Under the pieces are notes generated by a model, which was given only the letters and a program-made list of their open reading frames with translations, did no database searches and was not told the DNA's origin. From positions 1,139 to 65,138 of the forward strand of contig JALVVK010000012.1 of assembly GCA_027023445.1 (NCBI GenBank): a DNA stretch of 64,000 bases, in the 5' to 3' direction. Source of the DNA: Deltaproteobacteria bacterium (GTDB lineage: Bacteria; Desulfobacterota; Dissulfuribacteria; Dissulfuribacterales; JALVPX01). This document shows, piece by piece, positions 25,385-35,506 of the stretch. The translations under genes were made by a program, and so were the position numbers. Position 1 is the stretch's first letter; each line of letters begins with the position of its first letter.

Positions 25385-27772
25385 TTACTCTATGACCGAG
25401 ACCTTAAAGCGTTTGATCTCCTTCTCCATTTCGCGGGCCTTGGACAGCATGTCTTCCATCGAGGTCAGCGCTCCCTGCGCGCCTTCAGCATTTTGAGCCG
25501 CTACTTCCGCCATTTCCGCCATAAGCTGCTGGAGTTTTGAGCTGCGTTCCCTCTGCATGGATGTCCTGTTTGTAATTTCAGAAGAGTTATCCACGACCTT
25601 GGCGATTGTTTCAACTGCGGTTTTGGTAGTAAGGCTGCTGGAATTTGCGGCGCCCGTGATCTGTTCACTGAGTTCCATGAGCTTTTTAATGGATTTCTCG
25701 GCCTCTGAACGCCTTACCGCCTGTTCTTCCGTCATATCCACGATGCTGCTGGCAAGGGCCTTGAGTTCATCCGTGGATTGCAGGAGGCCCTGGGTATCCG
25801 ATGCCTGCTTGGCCGATACCTCGGACATGCGGGTGGTAACCTCTGCTCCGGTCTGCACGGCCTGAAGAATTTTTCCCAGGGCATTAGCGCTTTCCCTGGT
25901 AAACTGCATTCCCTTTTCAACATTCCTGGCGCTTTCTTCAATAAGAGCCTCGATTTCCTTGGTGGATTCAGTGGTTCTTTCGGCCAGTTTCCGGATTTCC
26001 TCTGCGACCACTGCGAATCCTCTGCCGTGCTCACCCGCCCTGGCCGCCTCTATGGACGCGTTAAGCGCCAGCAGGTTTGTCTGCTCCGCAATGTCCGAAA
26101 TAAGATCCACGATTTCCTTGACCTGTTCAGAGCTTTGTGCAATTGCCTCCATGCCCTTGACCGTCTGTTCCATGGCCTTGCCACCTTCCCTGGCGCTGGA
26201 CATTGCGGCCTGTGCCTGCTCTGCGGCCTCCCTGGACTGGTCCGCCACGTCCTGGAGCTCGGCTGCCATCCTGTGAAGGGATTCTGTCGTCTTGGTGGCG
26301 GCCTCTGACTGGGCCACGGCCCTGGCCTGGACCTCTTTGGCCGTGTTTCCCATGGCTGCCACGGTCTCAGCCGTTCTGTGCGCGCTTTCTTTGTTGTCGT
26401 TGGATATTTCAGTGATTCTTTTGCTGGTTTTTGCCATTTCCTCGATGACCTGGGCGGCTTCCTGGGCCAGACGGGCCGAAGACTCGGCGTGCACCGCTAC
26501 CTCAGAGGCAGTTTTCCCCATGACGGCAACCCGTTGCATGACATCTTTCGCCGCTTCTGCCTGGGATGTCGCGTCTTTTCCTATTCGGGTCGCGACATCA
26601 TGCACTTCCTGGCTGGCGGCGGCAAAATTTCCTGTTGCCTGGATCATGTTTCTGAAGGTGGCCTGGAGTTTGTCCAGGAATTTATTCACCGTTTCGCACA
26701 TCTGCCCGATCTCATCACCGCTTTTCACCTTGAGGCGTTTTGTGAGATCCAGTTCCTGGGCCGTGCGGCTCAAAAGTGTGGCGGCCTCCACCACGGGGTT
26801 GGCCACGCTCTTGTCCATGAGATAGGCAACCACTAACAGGAACAGAAAAATTAATGAATCGGCAATGAATACATGTCTGGACAGGCCTTTCAGGGCGCTG
26901 AATAAAGCTGATCTGGGTACCTCAACCACGGCTGTGAGCCCGGGAAGCCTGAGGCCGTTTCCGGGAGTAATCTCCATCTTTGAGGCAATAAATTCCTTTT
27001 CCGGCCCCACCGGTATAAACCTGCCTTCTGGCTTTAAAAGCCCTTCCCGCGCGTTGGCGGCCAGCGATTCGCCAATATGGCGCGATTCGGGATGCAGAAA
27101 ATAGCGTCCGGAACCGTCTATAATATAGGCTGTGCCGGCCATGTTTCTCAGCCCCTGTATGGTGGTTTCAAGTATCCCGTTAAGGTATTTCCAGGACAGA
27201 AAGGCTGTTATCGTCCCGGTAACCCGGCCCAGCTTGTTAAGCGGGGCCTGCATGACGATGGCCCACTCTGAATCAGAGCCTTTTCCCTGACTTTTGAGCC
27301 CGGTCCACCTGACAGGGCCAAGGAGTCTTACACTGCCATTTTCAGGTATGCCGAACCAGTTTGTTTTACTGAGATCCAGTCCTGTGTATCCATTGCTGCT
27401 GGCAGAAAGGATTTTGCCCTCCCGGTTTGTAATAAAAAGTGCCTGATAATATGGATACTGGTCCACCAGATCCCTTAACAGCCTGCCTGAGGCGGGCTGG
27501 GGCATGCCAGTTTCAACGGTCTGCCTTACCGCCTCCATGGTGCCGTATGTCCTTAAATCATTTGCCCGGTCGTTCAGAAAAATCGAAATTTTGTCGGCAA
27601 GCGCCCTGGAATTTTCTTCAAGGGTCTGTTCCCCCTGGCTGCGCAGGAGGTCACGCTGAACAAAATACAGATACCCCTGGGCGGCAATAGTAACTACCAT
27701 GACCATGAAGATTATTGCCAGGGCCTTGGTTTGAATGGGCCAACTGCCAGTACTCTTAAACCTGCCTTTCAT
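25385..27772 (-). CDS. Methyl-accepting chemotaxis protein (two TM helices, Cache-like periplasmic domain, HAMP, long signalling domain)
   Basis: The hairpin-tip motif '[33 protein letters not shown]' is present. TM1 is '[15 protein letters not shown]' and TM2 is '[17 protein letters not shown]'. There is an ATGA overlap with cheW. Confidence 0.95.
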   Translation of the reverse strand: MKGRFKSTGSWPIQTKALAIIFMVMVVTIAAQGYLYFVQRDLLRSQGEQTLEENSRALADKISIFLNDRANDLRTYGTMEAVRQTVETGMPQPASGRLLRDLVDQYPYYQALFITNREGKILSASSNGYTGLDLSKTNWFGIPENGSVRLLGPVRWTGLKSQGKGSDSEWAIVMQAPLNKLGRVTGTITAFLSWKYLNGILETTIQGLRNMAGTAYIIDGSGRYFLHPESRHIGESLAANAREGLLKPEGRFIPVGPEKEFIASKMEITPGNGLRLPGLTAVVEVPRSALFSALKGLSRHVFIADSLIFLFLLVVAYLMDKSVANPVVEAATLLSRTAQELDLTKRLKVKSGDEIGQMCETVNKFLDKLQATFRNMIQATGNFAAASQEVHDVATRIGKDATSQAEAAKDVMQRVAVMGKTASEVAVHAESSARLAQEAAQVIEEMAKTSKRITEISNDNKESAHRTAETVAAMGNTAKEVQARAVAQSEAATKTTESLHRMAAELQDVADQSREAAEQAQAAMSSAREGGKAMEQTVKGMEAIAQSSEQVKEIVDLISDIAEQTNLLALNASIEAARAGEHGRGFAVVAEEIRKLAERTTESTKEIEALIEESARNVEKGMQFTRESANALGKILQAVQTGAEVTTRMSEVSAKQASDTQGLLQSTDELKALASSIVDMTEEQAVRRSEAEKSIKKLMELSEQITGAANSSSLTTKTAVETIAKVVDNSSEITNRTSMQRERSSKLQQLMAEMAEVAAQNAEGAQGALTSMEDMLSKAREMEKEIKRFKVSVIE

Positions 27773-28236
27773 CAGGTTGCCTCCTTGACAAGATGGTTCT
27801 CCGGCACTGTTTCAGGGATGGTTTTGCCAGTGGCGGCAAGGCTCTGAAAAAGTCCGTGGATATCGAGAACATTGATTTTGGTGCCTGTATCAATTGTGCA
27901 GACACCCTGTACATATGGGCCTGGCTCGATGGATTCATCATCACCGAGAAAAACCCCCTGAACAACTTTCATGATGCTGTCCACCATGAGACCAAGGCTG
28001 TCCCCCTTGTATGAAAGCAGCAGGATCCTGGGCGATTTGTTTATGCTGTCGTTCGAAAGAAGCAGCTCTGCTCCCCTGATGACAGGCACAATGTTTCCCC
28101 GCACGTTTATCAACCCGGCCACCAGGGGATGGGCATTGGGAAGGAAGCCTATATCTTTTGAGGTAATTACATGATCGACCCATTTAAGGCGCACCCCCCA
28201 GGTTGTGCCTTGAATTTCAAACAGGACCAGATTCAT
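27772..28236 (-). CDS. cheW: Chemotaxis coupling protein CheW
   Basis: 154 aa. '[21 protein letters not shown]', '[15 protein letters not shown]' and '[22 protein letters not shown]' fit the CheW pattern. Confidence 0.9.
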   Translation of the reverse strand: MNLVLFEIQGTTWGVRLKWVDHVITSKDIGFLPNAHPLVAGLINVRGNIVPVIRGAELLLSNDSINKSPRILLLSYKGDSLGLMVDSIMKVVQGVFLGDDESIEPGPYVQGVCTIDTGTKINVLDIHGLFQSLAATGKTIPETVPENHLVKEAT

Positions 28237-28342
28237 TGTTGTTTTCCATTGTGAAGGTTTCCGAAATCATAACCCGCCCGTGGCGTGACCATTTGTTTTG
28301 AGCGTTGCAAACGGGGTTAAACCCGGATATTTACTTTTTTGA

Positions 28343-28369
28343 TTATCGGAAACCGGTAGAAAAACTTTA
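28343..28369 (-). promoter_or_regulatory. Near-consensus sigma-28 (FliA) promoter for cheW-MCP
   Basis: The minus strand reads TAAAGTTT-ttctaccggtt-TCCGATAA, giving 8/8 and 7/8 against TAAAGTTT-N11-GCCGATAA. The -35 element overlaps the thpR stop codon. The promoter ends about 105 nt upstream of the cheW ATG at 28236. Confidence 0.75.
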
Positions 28370-28936
28370 GTGGTCGGACATTGGGACAAGGGGGCACCTG
28401 GCAAGGGGGATATATTCAGCACCGGCAGGGGAAAGCCGGCTTTGAAATACGGTGACCGCTGTCACTTCAACCGGGCCAAGGGATATCCCTGCCCTCAAAA
28501 ATTCCCTGATAAAATCCCGTGAAGACGTGCCCTTTATCCTGGCAAGGGTGAGGTGGGGCCTGAACTCCCTGGTTTCACGGGCAAAACCCGCCTCTTCCAT
28601 CACGGATTCCATGTCCGCGTGAAGATTTCTGATGGCATACAGGTCACCGGCAACCCCTATCCATAAAACCCTTGGGCGCCGGGGTGTGGGGAAAACACCC
28701 GTGCCCTTAAAATTTAAAACAAAGGTATGATGCCTTGAACAGCACGCCCTGGCCGCGGTAATTACCTGCCGGACGCGTTGCCTTGGAATTTCTCCCAGGA
28801 ATTTCAGGGTAAGGTGTATCCCGTCGGGACGGACCCATTTTATTTTTGGGGCCAGCGGCTTCCATCCGGTCTGTTCCCTTCCCAGGTTTTCAGTGATCTT
28901 ACCGGGCAGTTCTATAGCCAGGAACGTACGAATCAT
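28367..28936 (-). CDS. thpR: RNA 2',3'-cyclic phosphodiesterase (2H phosphoesterase, ThpR/LigT)
   Basis: Two HxT motifs, 'HLTLKFLG' and 'HLTLARI'. The N-terminus 'MIRTFLAIELP' is typical of LigT. Confidence 0.85.
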   Translation of the reverse strand: MIRTFLAIELPGKITENLGREQTGWKPLAPKIKWVRPDGIHLTLKFLGEIPRQRVRQVITAARACCSRHHTFVLNFKGTGVFPTPRRPRVLWIGVAGDLYAIRNLHADMESVMEEAGFARETREFRPHLTLARIKGTSSRDFIREFLRAGISLGPVEVTAVTVFQSRLSPAGAEYIPLARCPLVPMSDH

Positions 28937-30167
28937 AACGAAGATACCTTCTCAGCCAGTCCAGGGCGGTCTCCGCGGCAAGGTCCTGGACCATGTGCCT
29001 GCGTCCGGGGAAGAAGAAGCGTTCCGCCACGGTTTTTTCCGGGGTGCTCAGTGCGATGTATACCGTTCCAACCGGTTTGTCCGGCGTGCCCCCTTCTGGG
29101 CCCGCTATGCCTGTGACCGCCAGGCCGAAATCAACTCCTGACCGCTCTCTTACTCCCTGCGCCATGGCTATGGCCGTGGGCCGGCTGACCGCACCGTGGC
29201 GCCTGATGGTTGCGGCAGGCACGCCCAGCAGGTACTCTTTTGACCTGTTGCTGTATGTGACCACTCCGTGCTCAAACCAGTGCGAACTGCCGGGTACCCT
29301 GGTAACCCGGTGACCTATCAGTCCCCCGGTGCATGATTCCGCCAGGGCCAGCATGCTTCCCCGCTCTGTCAGCAGCCTTCCGAGCACGTCCTCAAGGGTT
29401 TCGTCGTCAAGGGCGATCACATAATCTCCAAGCAGGGCCTCCACCTTTTCACACATCCCGAAAAATGCCTGGTTTACATCGGGACCGTGTTCTCCTTTAA
29501 GTGTTACGGTGATATGCACCTCCGGAAAGTTGGGATAGTAGCCGATGCTGAACCCTTTTGCGTCCGCCTCCAGTGATTCAAGCATCTCGTTTACCTCGGT
29601 CTCCTGAAGGCCGAACACCTTGAAGGTGCGCTGCCTGATGGTAAGGCCGTGGTCAAGCATCTGGCTTAATCTTGGTATTACCTGGTTTATCATGTGGTCT
29701 TCAAGCTGTTTTGGCACGCCTGGCAGGAAAAACAGGGGTACTTTTTCATGCACAATGAGATATCCCGCAGCGTGTCCCCTGGGGTTGAGGAATTCAGCCC
29801 CCTGGGGAAGCATTGCCAGTTTTCTCTTGAACCTGGGTGAACTCAGGCCGCAATGGCATTCAGGAGATTCGAGCCTGTCCATTATGGCCTGGTTGACCAC
29901 CAGGGGGCGGCCCAGCACCCTTGAAACCACCTCGTTTGTGATATCGTCCTCTGTGGGGCCAAGTCCTCCCGTGATGATTACAAAGCCGGATCTTTTGATG
30001 GCCGCGAGCAGACAATCCTCGATGTTTTCAGGATCGTCACCAACAGCCGTGATCCGGCTCACGGGATAACCGGCTGAAAAGAACTGTTTCGCCGCAAAGG
30101 TGCTGGTGGTGTTGAGTACCTTGCCCGAAATGAGCTCGTCACCGATGGCTATGATTTCACCAAACAT
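28899..30167 (-). CDS. cinA: CinA-family protein (MoCF-biosynthesis-like domain + nicotinamide-nucleotide amidohydrolase PncC domain)
   Basis: 'MFGEIIAIGDELISGKVLNTTS' and 'ITGGLGPTEDDIT' at the N-terminus, and 'LALAESCTGGLIGHRVT' in the PncC domain. Start set at the internal ATG at 30167. Confidence 0.9.
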   Translation of the reverse strand: MFGEIIAIGDELISGKVLNTTSTFAAKQFFSAGYPVSRITAVGDDPENIEDCLLAAIKRSGFVIITGGLGPTEDDITNEVVSRVLGRPLVVNQAIMDRLESPECHCGLSSPRFKRKLAMLPQGAEFLNPRGHAAGYLIVHEKVPLFFLPGVPKQLEDHMINQVIPRLSQMLDHGLTIRQRTFKVFGLQETEVNEMLESLEADAKGFSIGYYPNFPEVHITVTLKGEHGPDVNQAFFGMCEKVEALLGDYVIALDDETLEDVLGRLLTERGSMLALAESCTGGLIGHRVTRVPGSSHWFEHGVVTYSNRSKEYLLGVPAATIRRHGAVSRPTAIAMAQGVRERSGVDFGLAVTGIAGPEGGTPDKPVGTVYIALSTPEKTVAERFFFPGRRHMVQDLAAETALDWLRRYLRYDSYVPGYRTAR

Positions 30168-30624
30168 GAAGGCCCTCCAGTATCCTCCAGGATAGATTGC
30201 ACATAACACCGGCGGCCACATCGTCCATGACCACTCCCAGGCCCGTCGGCCTGACCCTTTCTAACTGTCTTACCGGAAAGGGCTTGAATATGTCAAAGAA
30301 TCTGAACAGAAAAAAGGCGGCCACAAGCGGTATGCCCCCCCCGGATATTCCCGCAAGGCCAATGGACATGCCGGCTATCTCGTCAATTACCACCTGGGAA
30401 GGGTCCTCGTCGCCCAGGAGTTCGCAGGCCCTTTGCGACGAGAAAACCGCCAGCGCCACAAGGGCCAGCAGGGCGGCAAGCTGGTATGGCCAGAGAAGGG
30501 GCCTGATGGCCAGATACACGGCAAAACCCCACAGGCTGCCCCATGTGCCCGGCGCCCACGGTATGCGGCCTACCATGGCCCCTGTTGCCAGAAAAAGCGC
30601 TGTACGGTCATAAATGGTGGACAT
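30157..30624 (-). CDS. pgpA: Phosphatidylglycerophosphatase A
   Basis: 'GRIPWAPGTWGSLWGF', 'DPSQVVIDEIAGM' and 'FRFFDIFKPFP' are PgpA motifs. Confidence 0.85.
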   Translation of the reverse strand: MSTIYDRTALFLATGAMVGRIPWAPGTWGSLWGFAVYLAIRPLLWPYQLAALLALVALAVFSSQRACELLGDEDPSQVVIDEIAGMSIGLAGISGGGIPLVAAFFLFRFFDIFKPFPVRQLERVRPTGLGVVMDDVAAGVMCNLSWRILEGLHVW

Positions 30625-31808
30625 CAGCCTTTCTCCCCGGGTTCAAATGTCTGTTTTCCGGCCTTTGTCACCTCTGAAAACACCAGCTCAATGGGCAGTT
30701 TTTCCCGTTTTGCCACGAGCAGGCAGTCATCATATTCCGGGGCAAGTACTTCCCTTCCGCCAGGTCTCGTGATGAGTTTGGCCCTTACCTTTCCCCATTT
30801 TGTCCTGACAGTTCCTTCCTGCCTGGGGATCTTGAACCTCATGCATTTCGTTATCCTTACCCCGGTAGAGGTGGAATGTTCCAGTATCAGGCGGCTTATC
30901 TCCTGTTCCATTCCCCATTTCGCTATCACGGTCAATTCAACCCCGGGCCGGCCTTTTTTCATCTGGATGGGGCATATGGCAACGTCCAGCGCGCCGGTCT
31001 CAAAAAGGCGCTGAACCAGGGGCTGGTACCACTGCGGATTCATGTCGTCGATATGGGTCCGTATCTCCATTATTCCCTGTTCGGCCGGCAGGCTGGATTC
31101 CCCGGTCCAGACGCGAAGCAGGTTTGGGCCTGTTTCAAGATCCCGTGCGCCCGCCCCGTAACCCGCGGCTTTTATGGTCATCTCGGGAAACGAATCGAAC
31201 CGGCCTGCCAGGATCTTTACAAGGGCAAGGCCTGTGGGGGTTACAAGCTCCCTGTCAACGTCCACTCCGTAGGCGGGCACGCCCCTTAAAAGTTCGGCAC
31301 AGGCAGGTGCAGGAAGCGGAATGGGGCCATGGGCGCTTCCGATCCAGCCCCTCGGTACGGGAAGCGGGGAGCAGGCCACCTCATCGACCCCCAGGAAATC
31401 AAGCCCTGATATGACGCCCGTAATATCCACAATGGTATCCACCGCTCCTATTTCGTGAAAATGCACCTTTTCCGGGGCCACCCCGTGCGCCCTGGCTTCA
31501 GCTTCTGCAAGCACGGTAAAGACATCCAGGGTCTTTCTTTTTAAATCGGGAGAGATCCCCGCTTTTTCGATGATAGGGGTTATGTGTCTGATGGTTCTAA
31601 GCGGTTGGGCCTGTCCGGAAATGATCTTTACCTGTATGCCGCGAAGGCCCTTTCTCCGGACCTCGGAGGCCCGGACTTCTACGCCTTCAAGGCCGAGCCT
31701 GCGCGGGAGTGATTCAAGTTCCCCGATGGGCCAGCCCAGGTCAAGCAGGGCCCCAAGAAGCATGTCTCCGCTTATACCTGAGAAGCAGTCAATGTATGCA
31801 GTCAACAT
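30624..31808 (-). CDS. larC: LarC-family nickel-pincer cofactor biosynthesis / nickel insertion protein (DUF111)
   Basis: 'MLTAYIDCFSGISGDMLLGALLDLG' and 'HFHEIGAVDTIVDITG'. Start set at ATG 31808, which avoids overlap with the upstream gene. Confidence 0.88.
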   Translation of the reverse strand: MLTAYIDCFSGISGDMLLGALLDLGWPIGELESLPRRLGLEGVEVRASEVRRKGLRGIQVKIISGQAQPLRTIRHITPIIEKAGISPDLKRKTLDVFTVLAEAEARAHGVAPEKVHFHEIGAVDTIVDITGVISGLDFLGVDEVACSPLPVPRGWIGSAHGPIPLPAPACAELLRGVPAYGVDVDRELVTPTGLALVKILAGRFDSFPEMTIKAAGYGAGARDLETGPNLLRVWTGESSLPAEQGIMEIRTHIDDMNPQWYQPLVQRLFETGALDVAICPIQMKKGRPGVELTVIAKWGMEQEISRLILEHSTSTGVRITKCMRFKIPRQEGTVRTKWGKVRAKLITRPGGREVLAPEYDDCLLVAKREKLPIELVFSEVTKAGKQTFEPGEKG

Positions 31809-31813
31809 GTTTT

Positions 31814-32575
31814 TTACTCCTGGATAGCGCGTTGCTCCACCCACGCGTAGATCTTTTCACGGTAATACCAGGCGGGGCCGCCTATTAAAAGGGTGAAGAG
31901 CAGCAGCATGAATACCCCCAGGAAATTTCCCTCAAAGACCTGTGCGCCCTGCAGGGTGAGCATAAAGGTGCCGGGCATGCGTCCAAGAACCATGATAATA
32001 AAGAATGCCTGCCATGGCATGCGGCTCAGGCCCAGGAGATAGCATAGAAAATCCTTGGGAAAGCCTGGCAGGAGAAACAGCATGAAACACAGGAATATTC
32101 CCTGATGTTCCATGAGGTTCTCGAATTTTTTATAGTAACTGGAGCGCTTCAGCCAGTTTCTTATCAGTCGCCTGAATTGCCTGGCAATCCAGAAGGCGCC
32201 AAGGGACCCAAGGGTGAGTCCCGCGGTGGCGTAAAAAAAGCCCATCCATTCCCCGAAAAAAAAACCTCCAAGGAGGCCCGTGGCCTCGCCTGGAATTGGG
32301 GATACAATCACCTGTAGCGCCTGGAGCAATATGTAGGCAACGGGGGCAAGTGGGCCAAAGGAGAGGATAAAATCCCTGATGGCCTCACGGTGCTCAAAAA
32401 GCGATATGATGCTGTAGAACAGGAGAGAGAGCTGGTCCCTTGATATCCAGGCCAGGTATGCCAGGAGGCCCATTGACAGAAACAGGTATGGCCACAGGCG
32501 GAGAACGCGGCTCTTTATCAGGTTTCCGGGCAGTTCCCGTTCCAGCTTCTTTGAATGATGTTGTCCTTTCTCCAT
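31814..32575 (-). CDS. TVP38/TMEM64 (DedA/SNARE-associated-like) membrane protein
   Basis: Multi-TM protein. 'VSPIPGEATGLLGGFFFG' and 'FLLPGFPKDFLCYLLGLSRM' fit the family pattern. The start is uncertain because it overlaps the 3' end of nadB. Confidence 0.7.
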   Translation of the reverse strand: MEKGQHHSKKLERELPGNLIKSRVLRLWPYLFLSMGLLAYLAWISRDQLSLLFYSIISLFEHREAIRDFILSFGPLAPVAYILLQALQVIVSPIPGEATGLLGGFFFGEWMGFFYATAGLTLGSLGAFWIARQFRRLIRNWLKRSSYYKKFENLMEHQGIFLCFMLFLLPGFPKDFLCYLLGLSRMPWQAFFIIMVLGRMPGTFMLTLQGAQVFEGNFLGVFMLLLFTLLIGGPAWYYREKIYAWVEQRAIQE

Positions 32576-34164
32576 CTCCAGTCATCCTTGGAGGGGTAGT
32601 CAAGGTTAAAATGTCCCCCTCTGCTTTCCTTGCGCCTGCTGGCGGCAATAATTATGAGTTCCGCTACCTGGGCCAGGTTTCTCAGTTCAATAAAGTCCCT
32701 GGTAAGAATATAGTCCCAGTAATGCTGATTAATCTCTTCCAGGATAGGAATGAGCCGTTTCCTGGCAAGGCCAAGCCTCTTTTGCCCCCTGACTATTCCC
32801 ACGTAGTCCCACATGAGTCGTCTTATAACGTCCCAGTTATGTGATATGAGCACCCCCTCTTCCAGGTCCACCGCGCCTCCTGATTCCCAGGGAGGCGCTG
32901 ATATCTTTGGCAGGGCCTTAAGGTCCATAAGTAGCTGTTCTATTTTTAAATAGGCCTGGTGGGCCATAACCAGGCCCTCCAGCAGGGAGTTGGACGCCAG
33001 CCTGTTTGCCCCGTGAAGGCCTGTACAGGCCGTCTCTCCAACTGCGAACAGGCCGGTCATGTCTGTATGGGCGAACTGGTCCGTGACCACGCCTCCGCAC
33101 ATATAATGGGCCGCCGGGACAACGGGTATGGGTTCTTTTGTAATGTCAAAGCCGTAATTCAGGCATGTCCTGTAGATGTTGGGAAAGCGTTTTTTTACGA
33201 AGTCGTCCGGCCGGTGGCTGATGTCCAGGTACACGTATTCCTTGCCGCTTCTTTTCAGCTCTCTGTCAATGGCCTTGGCCACAAGATCCCTGCATGCCAG
33301 TTCCTTTCTGACAGGATCGTATTTTTCCATAAACGGCTTGCCGTCAAAGTCATACAGCCTGGCTCCCTCTCCCCTGAGGGCCTCGGAGATGAGAAAATTT
33401 TTGGCCTTGGGGTGGTACAGACAGGTAGGATGAAATTGAACGAATTCCAGGTTGGCGATCCGCACTCCTGCCCTGTAGGCCATAGCGATTCCGTCGCCTG
33501 TTGCTACATCAGGGTTGCTGGTGTAGAGATAAATTTTTCCCGCCCCGCCTGTTGCCAGTATGGTCACCAGGGAGCGGAAAGTGTGTACGGCTCCCGTGGA
33601 TACTTCAAGCACATAGGCCCCCAGGCATCTTTCCTTTTCCCTTGATTCAGACCAGTCCCTTATGATCTTGCACTGGGTAATGAGGTCAACGGCGATATAG
33701 TCCTCCAGCACCTCTATCCGGGGATTGTCCATCACCCTTTCAACGAGAACCTTCTGGATGTTCTGCCCTGTGAAATCTCCTGCATGCACTATACGGCGGC
33801 GGCAGTGCCCTCCTTCCCTGCCAAGATCAAGCTGGTCCGGGTCGGACGCGCTTTTTGTGAACTGTACTCCCAGCTCCTGCAGTTCCCTGACCCTCTCAGG
33901 TGCCTGAGTAACTATAAGTTTTACTATATCTTCATGACACAGCCCGTCGCCTGCCCTAAGGGTGTCAAATTCGTGAAGTTCAAAGCTGTCATCCGAAGAC
34001 ATTACGCAGGCTATGCCTCCCTGGGCGAGGTTGGTGGCAGTCTGTGTCCGCCCTTTCTTGGTAAGGACCGTGACCTTGCCAAGCCTGCTCAATTTAAGGG
34101 CAAGGCTCAAACCGGCAATGCCGCTTCCTATTATGAGAAAATCCGTTGACAGTTCCATGGGCAT
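32518..34164 (-). CDS. nadB: L-aspartate oxidase
   Basis: 'DFLIIGSGIAGLSLAL', 'FHPTCL', 'EALRGEGARL' and 'GLHGANRLASNSLLEG'. Start set at ATG 34164, which overlaps the thyX stop (TGATG). Confidence 0.93.
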   Translation of the reverse strand: MPMELSTDFLIIGSGIAGLSLALKLSRLGKVTVLTKKGRTQTATNLAQGGIACVMSSDDSFELHEFDTLRAGDGLCHEDIVKLIVTQAPERVRELQELGVQFTKSASDPDQLDLGREGGHCRRRIVHAGDFTGQNIQKVLVERVMDNPRIEVLEDYIAVDLITQCKIIRDWSESREKERCLGAYVLEVSTGAVHTFRSLVTILATGGAGKIYLYTSNPDVATGDGIAMAYRAGVRIANLEFVQFHPTCLYHPKAKNFLISEALRGEGARLYDFDGKPFMEKYDPVRKELACRDLVAKAIDRELKRSGKEYVYLDISHRPDDFVKKRFPNIYRTCLNYGFDITKEPIPVVPAAHYMCGGVVTDQFAHTDMTGLFAVGETACTGLHGANRLASNSLLEGLVMAHQAYLKIEQLLMDLKALPKISAPPWESGGAVDLEEGVLISHNWDVIRRLMWDYVGIVRGQKRLGLARKRLIPILEEINQHYWDYILTRDFIELRNLAQVAELIIIAASRRKESRGGHFNLDYPSKDDWRWRKDNIIQRSWNGNCPET

Positions 34165-35135
34165 CAGGCCTCGTTTTCCGAAAGAATCCGGGATATAGGC
34201 CCGAATATATCCGGGAAACGCAGTTCCATTTCCGGCAGAAGAAGGAGCATGATCTCCCTCATGGATGGATCCGCCGCGCGGGACGCCCTGAGCCGCAGGA
34301 TGTGCATCCATTCTCCGAGGGTGGCATGCACCATTATCTCGGTTTTGCAGGAGTTGGGCAGCACGGTTCTTGCCGCCTGTGGAGAGCCTGTTTCAAGCAG
34401 CCTCAGGTAGATTTTTTCAGCCAGTATCATGGCCTCTTCCCAGAGGTTGTATTCGGGCGTTTCCTTCTTGTAGAAACAGGGCTTAACAAAGCTTACTCCG
34501 CCTCCAAACCTGGGTTCCCCGTACCTGCAGTATCTCTGGGATTCCTGAAGATAAGAGGCCACCCTGTGCCGGACAAGCTCATGGGTAACCGCACGGTTTA
34601 CCGTGAAGTGTATCAGAAGCGTCCTGTGTTTGATCAGCTGATCCAGGGGGAGAGAGTTTATTTCGTCAGGGGATAATATCCCCACATTGACGCCATCCTG
34701 GGGGATCCAGCCCCTTTTCGGCGTAAGATCCTGGAAAAGGGGTGGAAGCCACTCTGTAAGGACGGGCATCACGGCCTTGACCAGCTTGAGGTCCCTGCTG
34801 TTCCTGGCAAGATCCCTGAATGAACGGGGATTGCCCGAGAGGATATAACGTTTCCTGTCTATCCGGTCCGCCTGGCAGAAACGTGGAATCCGCTCGAAAA
34901 ATTTGTGCATGATGGTTTCGCTTTCCACCTCAACCCTGAGGACAATCTGGGCCATTTCCAGGACCGATTCATGGCCCCGCTTGATGATGCCGCTGATAAA
35001 GGGCACTGCGGATTCCGGTGTTATTTTGTCTTCGCTCTTGTAGCAGACCCTGCCGCACCTTTCTATCTGTTCCAGCACACGCCCCTGCTGAAAGTATTCA
35101 TCCAGGATTTCAAAATCGGGATTAATGACTTTCAT
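34164..35135 (-). CDS. thyX: FAD-dependent thymidylate synthase ThyX
   Basis: The ThyX signature RHRxxSxxxxSxR is present as 'RHRVASYLQESQRY'. Confidence 0.9.
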   Translation of the reverse strand: MKVINPDFEILDEYFQQGRVLEQIERCGRVCYKSEDKITPESAVPFISGIIKRGHESVLEMAQIVLRVEVESETIMHKFFERIPRFCQADRIDRKRYILSGNPRSFRDLARNSRDLKLVKAVMPVLTEWLPPLFQDLTPKRGWIPQDGVNVGILSPDEINSLPLDQLIKHRTLLIHFTVNRAVTHELVRHRVASYLQESQRYCRYGEPRFGGGVSFVKPCFYKKETPEYNLWEEAMILAEKIYLRLLETGSPQAARTVLPNSCKTEIMVHATLGEWMHILRLRASRAADPSMREIMLLLLPEMELRFPDIFGPISRILSENEA

Positions 35136-35167
35136 TTGATTTCTCCTGTAAGGTTAAATGGTTACTG

Positions 35168-35210
35168 TGAAAATACAATGTTAAATGGTAAATTCTGAAT
35201 GTTAAATTAA
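35168..35210. repeat. 43-nt element S, copy 1 (exact inverted copy of 54329-54371)
   Basis: tgaaaatacaatgttaaatggtaaattctgaatgttaaattaa is the exact reverse complement of 54329-54371. It lies 33 nt upstream of the thyX ATG. Confidence 0.9.
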
Positions 35211-35286
35211 GGTGCCAGGTTATTATGTCTTTCTGAATTTAATGAAAATTTGTTTGCCGCAATCTACAATTCGCCATTTATCATTT

Positions 35287-35333
35287 AGCATTTTCATGCT
35301 CTGGGGTGCAAAGCACCATTTGGCATGAAGGTT
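35287..35333 (+). repeat. Hairpin repeat family H, copy 1
   Basis: agcattttcatgctctggggtgcaaagcaccatttggcatgaaggtt. The outer stem is TTCATGC/GCATGAA and the inner stem is GGTGC/GCACC. It is homologous to 52450-52496, 54365-54407 and, inverted, 54189-54233. Confidence 0.85.
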
Positions 35334-35444
35334 CATATTCATGGCTGAAAAGTATACAGAATCCGTGATGCTAATGCATCAGGTTTATCGCGGAGGACGT
35401 ATTCCCGTTTGCCCCGCTCGCCACAAAACGCAAGTTTTCCCCCG

Positions 35445-35506
35445 ATTCACCATTCACAATTCACCATTCACAATTAAAAATTAAAAATTCACAATTAAAA
35501 ATTCAC
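35445..35506. repeat. AT-rich heptamer-periodic tandem repeat
   Basis: It contains (attcaccattcaca) x2 in perfect tandem, followed by attaaaa attaaaa attcaca attaaaa attcac. That makes nine ATTNNNN units. The repeat abuts the PHP gene stop codon. Confidence 0.85.

Noticed and set aside
35445-35506. CRISPR array
   Set aside because: The repeat unit is only 7-14 nt with no spacers, and no cas genes are present. No other regularly spaced repeat arrays were seen in the window.
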